This document shows positions 45,276-56,463 of a stretch of 64,000 nt of DNA, piece after piece. Below the pieces are notes generated by a model. The model ran no database searches and was not told where the DNA came from. It saw nothing but the letters and a program-made list of their open reading frames with translations. This DNA is from Sphingomonadales bacterium. Lineage in GTDB: Bacteria > Bacteroidota > Bacteroidia > NS11-12g > UBA955. The stretch is taken from assembly GCA_016872175.1 (NCBI GenBank), contig VHBA01000007.1, positions 48 through 64,047 on the forward strand, read 5' to 3'. A program made the position numbers and the translations under genes. Numbering within the stretch: position 1 is the first letter of the stretch; each line of letters opens with the position of its first letter.

Positions 45276-46229
45276 TTACAACAACCTGTTCACCAGATCA
45301 TCGTTGCTCATGCCTTCGGCTTCAGCCTTGTAGTTGCGCACCAGGCGGTGTCTGAGCACGTTTTTGGCCACAGCCTGTACATCTTCCCTGTCGGGTGAAA
45401 ACTTACCGTTCATGAGCGCATGGCACTTGGCACCCAGTATCAGAAACTGGCCGGCACGGGGGCCAGCACCATAACTCACATATTCGTTTACCACGGCATC
45501 TGCCTGAGGCGTTCCCGGCCGGGTTTTGCGCACTAGCGAAACAGCATATTCAAACACCGCATCCGTAACCGGAACCTGCCTCACCAGTTGCTGGTATTCT
45601 AAAATTCTGTCTGCTCCCAGCACTTTCGCCGCGGCGGCTTCCTCAGCACCTGTAGTGCCTTTCAGAATCAGCATTTCCTCCTCATATCCCGGATATTCCA
45701 GGGAAATGTTGAACATAAAACGGTCCAATTGGGCTTCGGGTAAAGGATAAGTCCCTTCCTGCTCAATAGGGTTTTGCGTTGCCAGCACAAAAAATGGCTT
45801 TGGCAAAGCATGGTGCTGCCCGGCTACCGTAACATTGCGTTCCTGCATGGCTTCCAGCAATGCTGCCTGGGTCTTCGGCGGGGTACGGTTAATTTCGTCT
45901 GCCAATACAATATTGGCAAACAGAGGACCTTTCACGAAGTGAAATTTTCGGTCTTCGTCCAGAATTTCGTTGCCGGTAATATCGCCGGGCATCAAATCAG
46001 GTGTAAACTGTATACGGTTAAAATCAAGATCAAGGCTTTGTGCCACGGTTTTTACCAGCAGGGTCTTGGCCAGCCCGGGTACGCCCACCAGTAAGGCATG
46101 GCCATTGCAAAAAATAGCGGTCAGGACTGCATCTACAGCATGCTCCTGTCCCACAATTACTTTGGAAATTTCTCTTTTTATTTCCGCAACCGAAGCGGAA
46201 AATGATTCTGCCAGTTCTTTTTCGTTCAT
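45276..46229 (-). CDS. MoxR-family AAA+ ATPase
   Basis: 317 aa from MNEKELAESF. It has Walker A 'GVPGLAKT', Walker B 'LADEINR' and 'ATQNPIEQEGTYPLPEAQLDRF'. The start shares one nucleotide with the upstream stop (TGATG). Confidence 0.9.
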   Translation of the reverse strand: MNEKELAESFSASVAEIKREISKVIVGQEHAVDAVLTAIFCNGHALLVGVPGLAKTLLVKTVAQSLDLDFNRIQFTPDLMPGDITGNEILDEDRKFHFVKGPLFANIVLADEINRTPPKTQAALLEAMQERNVTVAGQHHALPKPFFVLATQNPIEQEGTYPLPEAQLDRFMFNISLEYPGYEEEMLILKGTTGAEEAAAAKVLGADRILEYQQLVRQVPVTDAVFEYAVSLVRKTRPGTPQADAVVNEYVSYGAGPRAGQFLILGAKCHALMNGKFSPDREDVQAVAKNVLRHRLVRNYKAEAEGMSNDDLVNRLL

Positions 46230-47596
46230 CAGTTTTGTGCCTCCCAGGCTTTCAAATCCGGACACTGAATCAGTTTGCTCTGCACGCGGATATAGGTGTC
46301 TTTTTTGGTTTTATCAACCCAGGTATCAATGGCTTTTTGCTTTTTACGGGCTTCTGCTTCCAGCTGAATACGGCCGTAGTCTTGAAGTAAATTGGCCTGG
46401 TGAGGAGCTGTAAAGGATTTAAGGTAAACCATGCGGTAAATCGCACGGCCATCCGGCGTGAAAGTCCTTGCAGGTTCAGAAAAGTCACCGAGCTTTAACT
46501 TGTCAACTATCAGCTTAATTTCCGGTGGTAGCTCATCAAAAATCATCTTTTGGCTTCCGGTGGTCTCGTCAGTAAAAAACCCGCAGTAACCCCTGTTACC
46601 TATATCGGCTGATGCGTAGCGCTTTACGGCGGTACACCAGTCTATTTTCTTTTCATAAAGCAAGTCATATGCAGAATCTATTCGTTGCTGGGTTGCTGTA
46701 AAATCCGAAGTAGTGTAGTCCGCGCGGATGAGAATATGTGAAGCAAGAACCCTTTCGCCCATGCGTTTGGCAACCTTCATCAGGTGAAAGCCAAACGGAC
46801 TCTCAAAAACCGGGCTGATAGAATCCTGTTTAAGCTTAAAAGCCATGCGTTCAAACTCGGGTACCATTTCGCCACGCCCAAATTCGGGTAGCAGGCCGTT
46901 GTTTTCCTTTGAGCCCGGATCCTGGCTGTAAGTTTTGGCAAGTTTTTCAAAGCTCTCACCGGCCAATATGCGCATTCTAAGCATTTGCAATTGCTCACGG
47001 GCAAATTCTTTAGCCTCCTGCGAAACAGGGGGTTCTATAAGCAACTGAGCTACTTCTACCTCTGCAGGGATTATTGGCAGGCTATCCTTTTGGATATCAT
47101 TGTAAAACTGCTTCACCTCCTGCGGACTGATTTTAACAGCGGATGTAATCTTGCTTTCCATCTCCTGCGCAAGAAGTTGCTCTTTCATTTTGGGGCGAAT
47201 ATCTTCCCTGTATTCAGATAGGGTTTTACCTAAATACCGCTCCAAATCCGCCTGACTGCCCACCTGTCTTTGAAAATAACGCAAACGGTTGTCAATTTCG
47301 GCATCAATACGCTCCTCTGACAAGGGCAATGAATCAATCTCAGCCTGATTCAGCATCAATTTACGAAGAATAAGTTTGCGCAGAACCATACAGGAAAGCT
47401 GCTGACTATCCTGAAAATTACCTGAGCGAGCTAGTTGCCCCATCTCGGTTTCATAATCACTGCGCAGCACTACTTTATCACCCACCACGGCCATTACACC
47501 ATCCACATGCAAGGGCTGAGATTTAAGTCCTGCGGCGGTGAGCGCAAAAAGCACCGAAAAAAAACGCAGCATATTATGAAGGGTGATATTTCGCAT
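46229..47596 (-). CDS. SurA-like periplasmic chaperone / parvulin-type peptidyl-prolyl isomerase
   Basis: 455 aa. A signal peptide and a SurA-N-like helical region are followed by a parvulin domain ('GFHLMKV', 'ASHILIR'). Confidence 0.75.
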   Translation of the reverse strand: MRNITLHNMLRFFSVLFALTAAGLKSQPLHVDGVMAVVGDKVVLRSDYETEMGQLARSGNFQDSQQLSCMVLRKLILRKLMLNQAEIDSLPLSEERIDAEIDNRLRYFQRQVGSQADLERYLGKTLSEYREDIRPKMKEQLLAQEMESKITSAVKISPQEVKQFYNDIQKDSLPIIPAEVEVAQLLIEPPVSQEAKEFAREQLQMLRMRILAGESFEKLAKTYSQDPGSKENNGLLPEFGRGEMVPEFERMAFKLKQDSISPVFESPFGFHLMKVAKRMGERVLASHILIRADYTTSDFTATQQRIDSAYDLLYEKKIDWCTAVKRYASADIGNRGYCGFFTDETTGSQKMIFDELPPEIKLIVDKLKLGDFSEPARTFTPDGRAIYRMVYLKSFTAPHQANLLQDYGRIQLEAEARKKQKAIDTWVDKTKKDTYIRVQSKLIQCPDLKAWEAQN

Positions 47597-47601
47597 TCTT
47601 C

Positions 47602-49707
47602 TTATTTACCAGCACTTTTCTCTTCCAGCATGCGCTTGCTGAAAGCTTCAAATACGGGCTGATTTACACTGTATGGATAGGCTTTTAACAAGTCCTTCAA
47701 CCACTGATCTTCCAGAAATGTCTGGTAGTCATTGGCAGCAAGACCGCGGCATTCTTCCAGTTTTTTGGGGCCTGCGGGTAAAAATTGGTTAACTTTAACT
47801 ACTACCCAGTTGGAGCCAATCTGTTTCAGATTATATATTTTTCCGGATTTTTCACGGTATTCAGGATTGCCAAATAAGTTAGCCAGAATCCGACCATCTG
47901 GGAACAGGAAAGTATCGGTACTTTCGTATTTGCCCATACGGTAATCCATGCTCACGGTGTTGGACCGTGTATATTTTCTGCGGATGCTGTCGGGTTGTAT
48001 TCCTTTCTTCACCATTTTGGCCACAGCACCGGCCATTTTTTTGTCTGCACACAGGTATACTTCGCAATCAAAACGGTCGTTCCACTTATATTTTGTCCTA
48101 TTTTCTTCATGAAATGCTTTCAGTCCGGTGGTATCTTCATTGGCTTTGTCCCACACCTTTTGCTGCATGCGTGCAAACATGAGAATACCTTCTTTAAACT
48201 CCTGATACAGGTGCTTAAACTCGGGAGATTTTTCTTCCAGGTGCTGATCCTGATAAATAACACATTTGCTTTTCACCCATTCCTTGAAGATTGAATTTAC
48301 GAACTCCATGTTCGTGCCAGATACAGGTTGCATAGAAACCTCCAGGTGGCTGGCAAACTGACCGATGGTATATTTTTGGCCCCCCAATTCAAATAGAGAC
48401 AAATTACGCAGTGGGGTTTTGGTGCTGTTGGGTTTAACATAAACACGACCTTTCTTTCCCTGGTTGGAAGCCGCAAACTCAGGTAAACTCTCGGCTTTAA
48501 ATGTTCCTTTTACAAAATTGCTGTCGAGCAAGGCTATAAGTGCATTCATGTTTTCGGGCTGTTCTTTATAGCCATTCTCCTTTTTTACCTTTTCAACCAG
48601 CGCATCCACACTTTTCTGTGCCCTCTGGTTGTTTTGCACCTGATTTTTAAGGGTGGTTTTCATCATATCAAAGGTTCCAACGGGTCTAACTTCTATTTTC
48701 TGGATGATATGCCAGCCCAGAGAGGTTCGGAAAGGTTCGGAGTAATCGCCGATATTTTGGAGTTTAAAACCACGATCCACCAGCGACTGACGGTCGGGGT
48801 CACCAATAAACATGGTTACATTGATAAAATCCATTTCACCACCGGCACCATTACTGCGGCTATTAAAATCCTCGCTGAAATTGCGCGCCATATCGGCCAC
48901 AGTCGATTCACCGGTTTTGATTTTCTGATAGATATCTTCAATCTTTCTTTTCTGGTTTTCTTCTGTTCCCTCCGGCGTCATACCCACACGAAGTAATATA
49001 TGCCTGAGTTTAATATCGCCACGATTGGGACGTTTGTTGGTTGCTTTAAGAATATGATAACCAAAATCGGTTCTAAAAATGCCGGATATACTGCCCACAG
49101 GCGTGTTGTAAGCCATGCTCTCAAATGGATAAACTACTTGTAAAGCGGTCATGTAGCCCAGATTTCCACCATTATCGCGGGTTCCGGGATCGTCGGAGTT
49201 TTTGGCCTCTGCAGCAAACAATGAGGGGTCTGCTACAATACGGTCGTAAATTCCTTTTATTTTTTGCCATGCAACCAAGGTATCAGAAGGTTTGGCTTTG
49301 TTGTTGACAGCAATCAGGATATGAGAAACTTCAACCTCCTGAGACAGTCTTTCGTATGCCTCACGAATCAACCCATCGGTTACTTCACGGTCGTAAAGGT
49401 AACTGCGTGCCAACTGCTCACGAAACATATCCACTTCCTGCAGATAGCTCTTGGCGGTATCCATTCCCGCATCATGGGCATCCTGGATTTTGAGTTTAAA
49501 TTTGATGTAGAGATCCAGATCCTCACGGATTTTCTCAGGCGTCATTTCCTGATTCACGATGTTCAGGTTTTTCTTGAAATAGCGTTCAAATTCATCTACG
49601 GTAACTTTTTTGTCGCCGGCATAATTAAATAAAACCGCATTGGCCGGCTGTGCCAAGGCCTGAAGGGCAAGTGTTACAACAGAAATTAAGGTGAGAAATC
49701 GTTTCAT
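47602..49707 (-). CDS. PpiD/SurA-like parvulin-type peptidyl-prolyl isomerase (two parvulin domains)
   Basis: 701 aa from MKRFLTLISVVTLALQALAQ. The parvulin motifs are 'VSHILIAV', 'GNLGYM', 'FGYHILK', 'LRHILLRV' and 'LGWHIIQ'. Confidence 0.75.
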   Translation of the reverse strand: MKRFLTLISVVTLALQALAQPANAVLFNYAGDKKVTVDEFERYFKKNLNIVNQEMTPEKIREDLDLYIKFKLKIQDAHDAGMDTAKSYLQEVDMFREQLARSYLYDREVTDGLIREAYERLSQEVEVSHILIAVNNKAKPSDTLVAWQKIKGIYDRIVADPSLFAAEAKNSDDPGTRDNGGNLGYMTALQVVYPFESMAYNTPVGSISGIFRTDFGYHILKATNKRPNRGDIKLRHILLRVGMTPEGTEENQKRKIEDIYQKIKTGESTVADMARNFSEDFNSRSNGAGGEMDFINVTMFIGDPDRQSLVDRGFKLQNIGDYSEPFRTSLGWHIIQKIEVRPVGTFDMMKTTLKNQVQNNQRAQKSVDALVEKVKKENGYKEQPENMNALIALLDSNFVKGTFKAESLPEFAASNQGKKGRVYVKPNSTKTPLRNLSLFELGGQKYTIGQFASHLEVSMQPVSGTNMEFVNSIFKEWVKSKCVIYQDQHLEEKSPEFKHLYQEFKEGILMFARMQQKVWDKANEDTTGLKAFHEENRTKYKWNDRFDCEVYLCADKKMAGAVAKMVKKGIQPDSIRRKYTRSNTVSMDYRMGKYESTDTFLFPDGRILANLFGNPEYREKSGKIYNLKQIGSNWVVVKVNQFLPAGPKKLEECRGLAANDYQTFLEDQWLKDLLKAYPYSVNQPVFEAFSKRMLEEKSAGK

Positions 49708-49791
49708 TGTATATGCATTTTTTACCACGAACTGCAAAAATACAAAGATTGGGCCACAATACCGCCCCGTGTTCAGGCGGTATGTCGACTA

Positions 49792-50583
49792 TTAGCTAAA
49801 TGTGGCAGAACTTTTACCCTGAGGCAGCCCGGCATCTGCTAAAACTGCTCCCGAAGCAGCACTAATAGGTGCCAATATCCAATCCAGTAATGGGAACCAC
49901 GACACAATGTTGTATGCAACCCCAAAACCAAGCAGCGTTGGCATATTGGCACGCATATACCTGACACTTCGGGCCACACCCATCTTTTTGCGCTCTGCTA
50001 CATAATCAAAGAAGTTAAATGCCATGAAATAGCTGTTTACAAGAAACAAAGCCAGAAAAACAAGTGGCGACAACAACGGCAAAAAGAAACTTATTACTCC
50101 ACCCGATATCATAAGTAGGGTTTCCAGCAGCATGTTTCTTACTGCAATACCGGCGCCCCGCAAAGCATCCTTTAATATTTGCAAAAAGATGAACGGATAT
50201 GAACTGCCTATCACCAAAGCTTCGGTTCGCTCTGAGATGTAGGCGAACAAAGGAGATAAAAGAATGATTACGATATATTTCATATACCGACTCATCACAT
50301 ACCACAACATAATTTTTACGACAATAACCACACCCAACTGTAGCCCTGTTTTAATTATTTCTTCCAATCCCCCTACTTTTTGGGTAGGAGATAAATCAAG
50401 ACCCGTTTGTGATTCAATCCACTTGTAAAAATATGGTAACAGCCAATCGCTTATCTGCAAAGAGAGTCCCACAACCAGAAATAACCAAAGTATCAGAGGC
50501 ACCAAATACCAGGCCCCAAACCGTGTAATGGAGAATGCCATTCCCCGGAAGAAAGCGGTAAAACCTGCGAAAAATGAACCCAT
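49792..50583 (-). CDS. EI24/CysZ-like integral membrane protein
   Basis: 263 aa from the internal Met (MGSFFAGFTAFFRGMAF), with 4 to 6 hydrophobic helices. The family call is based on general resemblance only. The longer ORF would overlap the upstream receptor gene. Confidence 0.4.
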   Translation of the reverse strand: MGSFFAGFTAFFRGMAFSITRFGAWYLVPLILWLFLVVGLSLQISDWLLPYFYKWIESQTGLDLSPTQKVGGLEEIIKTGLQLGVVIVVKIMLWYVMSRYMKYIVIILLSPLFAYISERTEALVIGSSYPFIFLQILKDALRGAGIAVRNMLLETLLMISGGVISFFLPLLSPLVFLALFLVNSYFMAFNFFDYVAERKKMGVARSVRYMRANMPTLLGFGVAYNIVSWFPLLDWILAPISAASGAVLADAGLPQGKSSATFS

Positions 50584-50593
50584 CAGGCCAAAA

Positions 50594-52693
50594 TTAATAT
50601 AAACGACCTGTATTCCCCAAACGCAATGCAATAAAAATGGTTCTCGGAGAAGCCGGACCATATATGTAATTGCTGTCTCTGTTTTTTCCGATGTCAAAAT
50701 CCTGCTGATAGGCGTTCAACAGGTTTCTTACGCCCAGCGAAAGGGTCCAATCGATACCATTTTTCAATGGTTTCAACTTAAAGTTAAGCGTGGTATTGAT
50801 CTCCAGAAAGGGGCGTGAAACCACGATGCTGTCTCTGCTAAAATTCTCAGCACCACCAAAATGAGGTACGTACATAGATCCTGTATAAACCGCATCGAGA
50901 GAAACATTGATTTTATCGGTCAGTTCGGCCCAACCGTATACATACCCAAATGCATTCGGAGTGCGGGCAAACGCCCTGAGCGGATTTTGGCCGGAAATCA
51001 GCATTGCCGCAGTATCGTAGAGGCTTTGCTGTATCGTAAACGCAGACTGAATCTGTATTTTCTTTTGGTAATTGAATCTATATTCCGCCGAAACTCCCTG
51101 AACACGTGCTCCCTGTCCGTTGCGTTTTTCAAAAATTTCGCCAAAAGGATCATTCCCTGCATTTTCGAGCACAAAAGGATTGCGCAACCGGTTGTAAAAC
51201 GCATCCAGGGTAAAACCCTGAATATGGTTTACCGTGGCTTTGTCGTGGTTCCACGACAGGTTGAAACTTCGCGATTGTTCTTCCCTCAGCAGTGGCGATA
51301 GCTGTACCCTGGAAACTCCGCCACCGGCAAAAGCAATATGCAGGTCATTGTCATGGGCCTGCGGCGCCCTGAAACCGGTGCCGTAACCCAATCTTATCTG
51401 AGAATTTTTACCCGATTTGTATAAAACACCCAAACGTGGACTCCACACCGGATTGTCTATCCAGTTGTGCTTATCCGCCCTGATACCGGACAAAATACTG
51501 AGCAGCGCATGTGGCTTCCAAACATGTTGCACAAAGGCGCTCGGATTTACAATATGCTGCTTTATACGGTAGCTGTAGGCCGGAATTTCATCCCTGATAA
51601 ATTCATCTATCCATTCCAGCCCCAATGTTAGCGTATGCTTTATAAGACCGTTTCCCTGAAACCGGCGGTTGAATTGAACACCGCCCTGTAAAAAACCAAT
51701 CTTGGCTTCTCCATTGGGGGGATTGGCAATGTAATTTTGAATATCTGCCAAAGAATCCGGGAATACACCGGTGAAATGGCTGCGTGAAGTTTGCTGAAAT
51801 GCCGCGTAGATCGTTGCATCCGAAAATCCGTTAATGGAACGCAAACGGTAATCCGCATTACCCAGTGAAATTCGGTGTTCGCGTGACTCGGCCTGCAAGG
51901 CCTCAGTGATAGGCTTCCCGGTTATTTCACCCCCGTATCGTTTTTCGCCAATGCGATTCAATGATACTGCTAACTTTTGTCTGGGATTGGGGTCATAAGA
52001 TATGTTTAGGCTCGCATTTAGGTTTTCCAGACTGGGCAACTCTGTGTAGCCGTCTTGATTGGCATCAAACGCCTGTCTGTTTCTGGATCCTAACGTAAAG
52101 TAACCGCCCAATTTTTTGTTTTCTGATACCCAGCCACTGCTCATGGTATTAATAAGATCCATTGCACTTGAACCTATATTCTGCAACCGGGTTGATACTT
52201 CCCATTCATTCTGAGTTGGTTTTCGGGTAAACACATTTACCGTTCCTGAGATGGCACTCATGCCGTACAACGAGGAACCACCGCCCCTCACTACTTCAAT
52301 TTTCTCAATCATGGCAGCAGGAAGCTGCTCAAGCCCATACATGCCGGTTAAAGAGCCAAATAAAGGTCTGCCATTTATTAGAATCTGAGAATAGCCTCCG
52401 GGCAGTCCGTTGATGCGAAGCTGGCTGTAGTTGCAGGTTTGGCAGTTGGTCTCCACCCTCAGACCAGTCTGAAACTTCAAACCGTCATACAAATTGCATG
52501 CCTGCAATCGAGAAAGGGTTTGACCGCTGACCACCGTTACCGCCACAGGGCTTTCAGATTTACGGGTTTCGATACGTGTTCCGGTAAGCACTACTTCAGA
52601 CAAATCCATTACAGAATCGGTCTGGGCTATACCTCTGCCGGCTGACAACAGCCAAAATCCAATGCTTAAAATGAATTTAGCCGATGTCTGCAT
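50594..52693 (-). CDS. TonB-dependent outer-membrane receptor
   Basis: 699 aa. A signal peptide is followed by the plug 'LSEVVLTGTRIETRKSESPVAVTVV', 'IEVVRGGGSSLYG' and a long beta-barrel. The substrate is unknown. Confidence 0.85.
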   Translation of the reverse strand: MQTSAKFILSIGFWLLSAGRGIAQTDSVMDLSEVVLTGTRIETRKSESPVAVTVVSGQTLSRLQACNLYDGLKFQTGLRVETNCQTCNYSQLRINGLPGGYSQILINGRPLFGSLTGMYGLEQLPAAMIEKIEVVRGGGSSLYGMSAISGTVNVFTRKPTQNEWEVSTRLQNIGSSAMDLINTMSSGWVSENKKLGGYFTLGSRNRQAFDANQDGYTELPSLENLNASLNISYDPNPRQKLAVSLNRIGEKRYGGEITGKPITEALQAESREHRISLGNADYRLRSINGFSDATIYAAFQQTSRSHFTGVFPDSLADIQNYIANPPNGEAKIGFLQGGVQFNRRFQGNGLIKHTLTLGLEWIDEFIRDEIPAYSYRIKQHIVNPSAFVQHVWKPHALLSILSGIRADKHNWIDNPVWSPRLGVLYKSGKNSQIRLGYGTGFRAPQAHDNDLHIAFAGGGVSRVQLSPLLREEQSRSFNLSWNHDKATVNHIQGFTLDAFYNRLRNPFVLENAGNDPFGEIFEKRNGQGARVQGVSAEYRFNYQKKIQIQSAFTIQQSLYDTAAMLISGQNPLRAFARTPNAFGYVYGWAELTDKINVSLDAVYTGSMYVPHFGGAENFSRDSIVVSRPFLEINTTLNFKLKPLKNGIDWTLSLGVRNLLNAYQQDFDIGKNRDSNYIYGPASPRTIFIALRLGNTGRLY

Positions 52694-52703
52694 GTTATTA
52701 TAA

Positions 52704-53702
52704 TCAGTTTATGGATTCATTGATGGCATTCCACAGCACATCGCGCAGTTCTACCAACCCCTGCTCAGCCACTGATGAGAAAAACAAAGGTTGCACATCT
52801 GAAAATTCCCGGCTGATAGCCGCTTTCAACTCATCATCCAGCATGTCGCTTTTGCTGATGGCCACAATGTGGCGTTTGTGCAGCATTTCCGGATTGAACT
52901 CACTCAACTCATGAAGCAGGGTTTCGTATTCTTTTTTATGGTCGGGGCTTTCAGTGGGAATTAGAAACAGCAACACAGCATTTCTCTCTATGTGCTTTAA
53001 AAACCTGTGCCCAAGTCCTTTTCCTTCGTGAGCACCTTCAATAATGCCGGGAATATCGGCAATGACGAAACTGCGAAAATCGCGGTATTTTACCACGCCC
53101 AGGTTGGGAACCAATGTGGTGAAAGGATAATCGGCAATTTCAGGTTTGGCGGCCGTCATTACACTCAGCAGGGTGCTTTTGCCGGCATTGGGAAAACCTA
53201 CAAGCCCTACATCTGCCAACACCTTCAGTTCCAGAATCATCCACTTTTCAATGGCCGGCTCACCGGGTTGTGCATACATGGGTGTTTGATTGGTACTGCT
53301 GGTGAAATGACTGTTTCCTAGCCCACCACGTCCTCCCGGAACCAGCACTTTTTTTTCACCATCCTCGGTTATTTCAAACAAGAATTCACCAGTTTCTGCA
53401 TCACGGGCCACTGTTCCCAGAGGGACTTCCAAAATCTCCGATTTTCCGCTTGCCCCGGTTTTATTATTTTCACCTCCGGGCACGCCATCTGCGGCCATGA
53501 TATGCTTTCTGTATTTCAGATGGAGCAGTGTCCAAAGTTGTTTGTTGCCTAACAATATAATATCTCCACCCTTACCACCATCACCGCCATCAGGACCGCC
53601 TTTGGGATTTCCCTTGGCACGGTGAAAGTGGTGACTTCCGGCGCCGCCTTTGCCGCTTTTACAGCAAATCTTCACATAATCTATAAAATTGGTTTCAGCC
53701 AT
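52704..53702 (-). CDS. obg: GTPase Obg/CgtA
   Basis: 332 aa from [12 protein letters not shown]. It has the Gly-rich Obg fold '[10 protein letters not shown]' and the G motifs 'GFPNAGKST', 'DIPG' and 'ISKSD'. Confidence 0.9.
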   Translation of the reverse strand: MAETNFIDYVKICCKSGKGGAGSHHFHRAKGNPKGGPDGGDGGKGGDIILLGNKQLWTLLHLKYRKHIMAADGVPGGENNKTGASGKSEILEVPLGTVARDAETGEFLFEITEDGEKKVLVPGGRGGLGNSHFTSSTNQTPMYAQPGEPAIEKWMILELKVLADVGLVGFPNAGKSTLLSVMTAAKPEIADYPFTTLVPNLGVVKYRDFRSFVIADIPGIIEGAHEGKGLGHRFLKHIERNAVLLFLIPTESPDHKKEYETLLHELSEFNPEMLHKRHIVAISKSDMLDDELKAAISREFSDVQPLFFSSVAEQGLVELRDVLWNAINESIN

Positions 53703-53790
53703 GCCTGATGCAAAGGTACGAAAAGTGGCAGCAGGTTTTGCCCAAACGGCGGGGAATACGGGCTTAATCGTTAATTTCGCGCAGTAAATC

Positions 53791-56394
53791 ATGGCACAGT
53801 ACCCATTCAGCGAAATTGAAAAAAAGTGGCAGACAAGGTGGGCTGAATCAGCCCTCTACAAGGTTACAGAAGACCCTCAGAAGCCAAAATACTACGTGCT
53901 GGATATGTTTCCATACCCCAGTGGTGCAGGATTGCACGTAGGGCATCCCCTGGGTTATATAGCCAGCGATATTATGAGCCGTTACAAGCGACTGAAAGGA
54001 TTTAACGTGCTGCATCCCATGGGTTACGATGCCTTTGGTTTGCCTGCAGAGCAATATGCCATTCAAACCGGACAGCACCCGGCTAAAACCACGGCTGCCA
54101 ATATTGAAACCTTCCGCCGTCAGCTGGACCTGATGGGATTCAGCTACGACTGGAGCCGGGAGGTGAGAACCTGCGAACCTGAATATTACCGCTGGACACA
54201 ATGGATTTTTGGTCAGTTCTTTAATCACTGGTACGATAAACAAACCGATAAAGCCCGTTCAATAGCCGAACTGGACCATCATTTCAGTCTTCACGGAACC
54301 TCCGGAATTCATGCAGCTTGCACAGAATCTATGCAATTCACGACCGCAGAGTGGAACGTGCTGAGCCCAAAAATGAAATCGGATGTACTGAACAACTACC
54401 GCCTGGCCTTCATCGATTTTACCACCGTAAACTGGTGCCAGGAGCTGGGTTGTGTGCTCGCCAATGAGGAAGTAGTTAATCATCCTGAAAAAGGACCTGT
54501 GAGTGAACGCGGCGGATATCCGGTGGTTCGCAAAAAAATGAAGCAGTGGTCGCTGCGCATCACAGCCTACGCCGATCGACTGCTCAAAGGGCTTTATTCG
54601 CTGGACTGGAGCGACAGTATCAAAGAGATTCAGCGCAACTGGATTGGAAGAAGCGAAGGAGCGGAGATACAGTTTACAGTTGATGGTTTACAGTCTATAG
54701 TTGGCCAACAGCATGCAATAGAGGTGTTCACTACCCGGCCGGATACGCTTTTTGGGGCAACCTTTCTGGTGCTCGCTCCCGAGTATGAGGGTTTGTATAA
54801 TCTATGCACCGTCGAGCAGCGGGAGGCCGTTAAATCGTATTCTGAAGCTGCCAAAAACCGCAGCGAGATTGACCGCATGGCCGATACCCGCAAAACTGGC
54901 ATTTTCACCGGTGCCTATGCCAATCATCCCTTTACGGGTAAACCCATTCCCGTATGGGTTAGTGACTACGTTCTGGCCGGATATGGCACCGGTGCCATCA
55001 TGGCTGTTCCTGCCCATGACGAAAGGGATTTTGAGTTTGCCAAAGCATTCAACTTGCCTGTTACACCAGTGATAAAACCGTCAGATGAAAACCTGCCAGA
55101 GCCATTAACCGAGGCATTTTCAGCCAAAGAGGGAGTGTGTTTCAACAGCGATTTTTTGAATGGTTTAAGCGTAAAGGAAGCGATTCAAAAAGCCATTGAA
55201 AAAGTTGAAAATGAAGGACTTGGTAAACGCAAAGTTAACTATAAACTGCGCGAAGCAGGCTTTGGAAGGCAGCGCTACTGGGGCGAACCCTTTCCCATTG
55301 TTTTTGATAATGAGCAAGTTCCCCATCTAATAAATGAACTACCCGTAGAACTTCCAAAAGTAGAAAGCTACAAACCCACCGGAACCGGTGAAAGCCCGCT
55401 GGCAGGGGTGAAGGAATGGGTGGAAACCCATCAAGGTCGTCGCGAAACCGACACTATGCCCGGATGGGCCGGCAGCAGCTGGTATTTCCTCCGATACATG
55501 GATCCTGGCAACAAGGAAACTTTTGCGGGTCAAACTGCCCTTGATTACTGGAAACAGGTAGATTTATATGTAGGTGGCAGCGAACATGCTACAGGTCATC
55601 TGCTCTATAGCCGTTTCTGGACCAAATTTCTATTTGACCTCGGTTACCTGTCCGTAGACGAACCATTCAATAAACTCGTCAATCAGGGTATGATTATGGG
55701 TGAAGACGGGCAGAAAATGAGCAAGCGCTGGGGCAATGTTGTAAACCCGGATGATGTTTGCGCCCAATATGGTGCCGACACCCTGCGCATGTATGAGATG
55801 TTCCTGGGGCCGCTTACCGATAGCAAACCATGGAACACCAACGGCATTGAAGGGGTTAGCCGATTCCTTAGTAAATTCTGGCGTTTGTTTGAACAGGAGG
55901 AAGTATTTTCCCTTTCGAATGAAATACCTTCGAAAGATGAACTGAAGATTCTGCACAAAACCATAAAGAAAATAACGGGCGATATTGAACAAATGAGCTT
56001 CAATACAGCTGTGAGTGCCTTTATGGTCGCTACAAACGAACTGGGAGCTTTACAATGCAAAAAGAGGGCGGTTTTAGAGCCGTTAATCATCCTTATTGCA
56101 CCATTTGCGCCTCATATAGCTGAAGAGCTTTGGCAAAAGTGCGGCCACAACGAAAGCATTCACCTGGATAAATGGCCAGCTTGGGATGAACAATATCTGG
56201 TTGAAACACATTTTGAATACCCCATATCCATCAATGGTAAAACAAGAACCACCATTGCTTTTGATCTAAATGCTGATGCAGGTGAAATAGAAGCTACAGT
56301 TCTTGCTGATGAAACCGTTCAGCGCTGGATGGATGGCAAACCGCTTAAGAAATTCATACTGGTCAAAGGCCGCATCATCAACGTGGTTGTATAA
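53791..56394 (+). CDS. leuS: Leucyl-tRNA synthetase
   Basis: 867 aa. It has '[17 protein letters not shown]' (HIGH), 'KMSKRWGN' (KMSKS) and a CP1 editing region. Confidence 0.95.
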   Translation: MAQYPFSEIEKKWQTRWAESALYKVTEDPQKPKYYVLDMFPYPSGAGLHVGHPLGYIASDIMSRYKRLKGFNVLHPMGYDAFGLPAEQYAIQTGQHPAKTTAANIETFRRQLDLMGFSYDWSREVRTCEPEYYRWTQWIFGQFFNHWYDKQTDKARSIAELDHHFSLHGTSGIHAACTESMQFTTAEWNVLSPKMKSDVLNNYRLAFIDFTTVNWCQELGCVLANEEVVNHPEKGPVSERGGYPVVRKKMKQWSLRITAYADRLLKGLYSLDWSDSIKEIQRNWIGRSEGAEIQFTVDGLQSIVGQQHAIEVFTTRPDTLFGATFLVLAPEYEGLYNLCTVEQREAVKSYSEAAKNRSEIDRMADTRKTGIFTGAYANHPFTGKPIPVWVSDYVLAGYGTGAIMAVPAHDERDFEFAKAFNLPVTPVIKPSDENLPEPLTEAFSAKEGVCFNSDFLNGLSVKEAIQKAIEKVENEGLGKRKVNYKLREAGFGRQRYWGEPFPIVFDNEQVPHLINELPVELPKVESYKPTGTGESPLAGVKEWVETHQGRRETDTMPGWAGSSWYFLRYMDPGNKETFAGQTALDYWKQVDLYVGGSEHATGHLLYSRFWTKFLFDLGYLSVDEPFNKLVNQGMIMGEDGQKMSKRWGNVVNPDDVCAQYGADTLRMYEMFLGPLTDSKPWNTNGIEGVSRFLSKFWRLFEQEEVFSLSNEIPSKDELKILHKTIKKITGDIEQMSFNTAVSAFMVATNELGALQCKKRAVLEPLIILIAPFAPHIAEELWQKCGHNESIHLDKWPAWDEQYLVETHFEYPISINGKTRTTIAFDLNADAGEIEATVLADETVQRWMDGKPLKKFILVKGRIINVVV

Positions 56395-56408
56395 TTTAAA
56401 ACCTGAAT

Positions 56409-56445
56409 AAAAAAGAAAAGGGGGCTTCATGGAAGCCCCCTTTTT
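56409..56445. terminator. Bidirectional rho-independent terminator between convergent leuS and the 2,387-aa gene
   Basis: GGGGGCTTC (56420-56428), loop atg, GAAGCCCCC (56432-56440). It is flanked by an A-run upstream and TTTTT downstream. Confidence 0.75.
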
Positions 56446-56463
56446 CGTATGATTTGACCCTGA

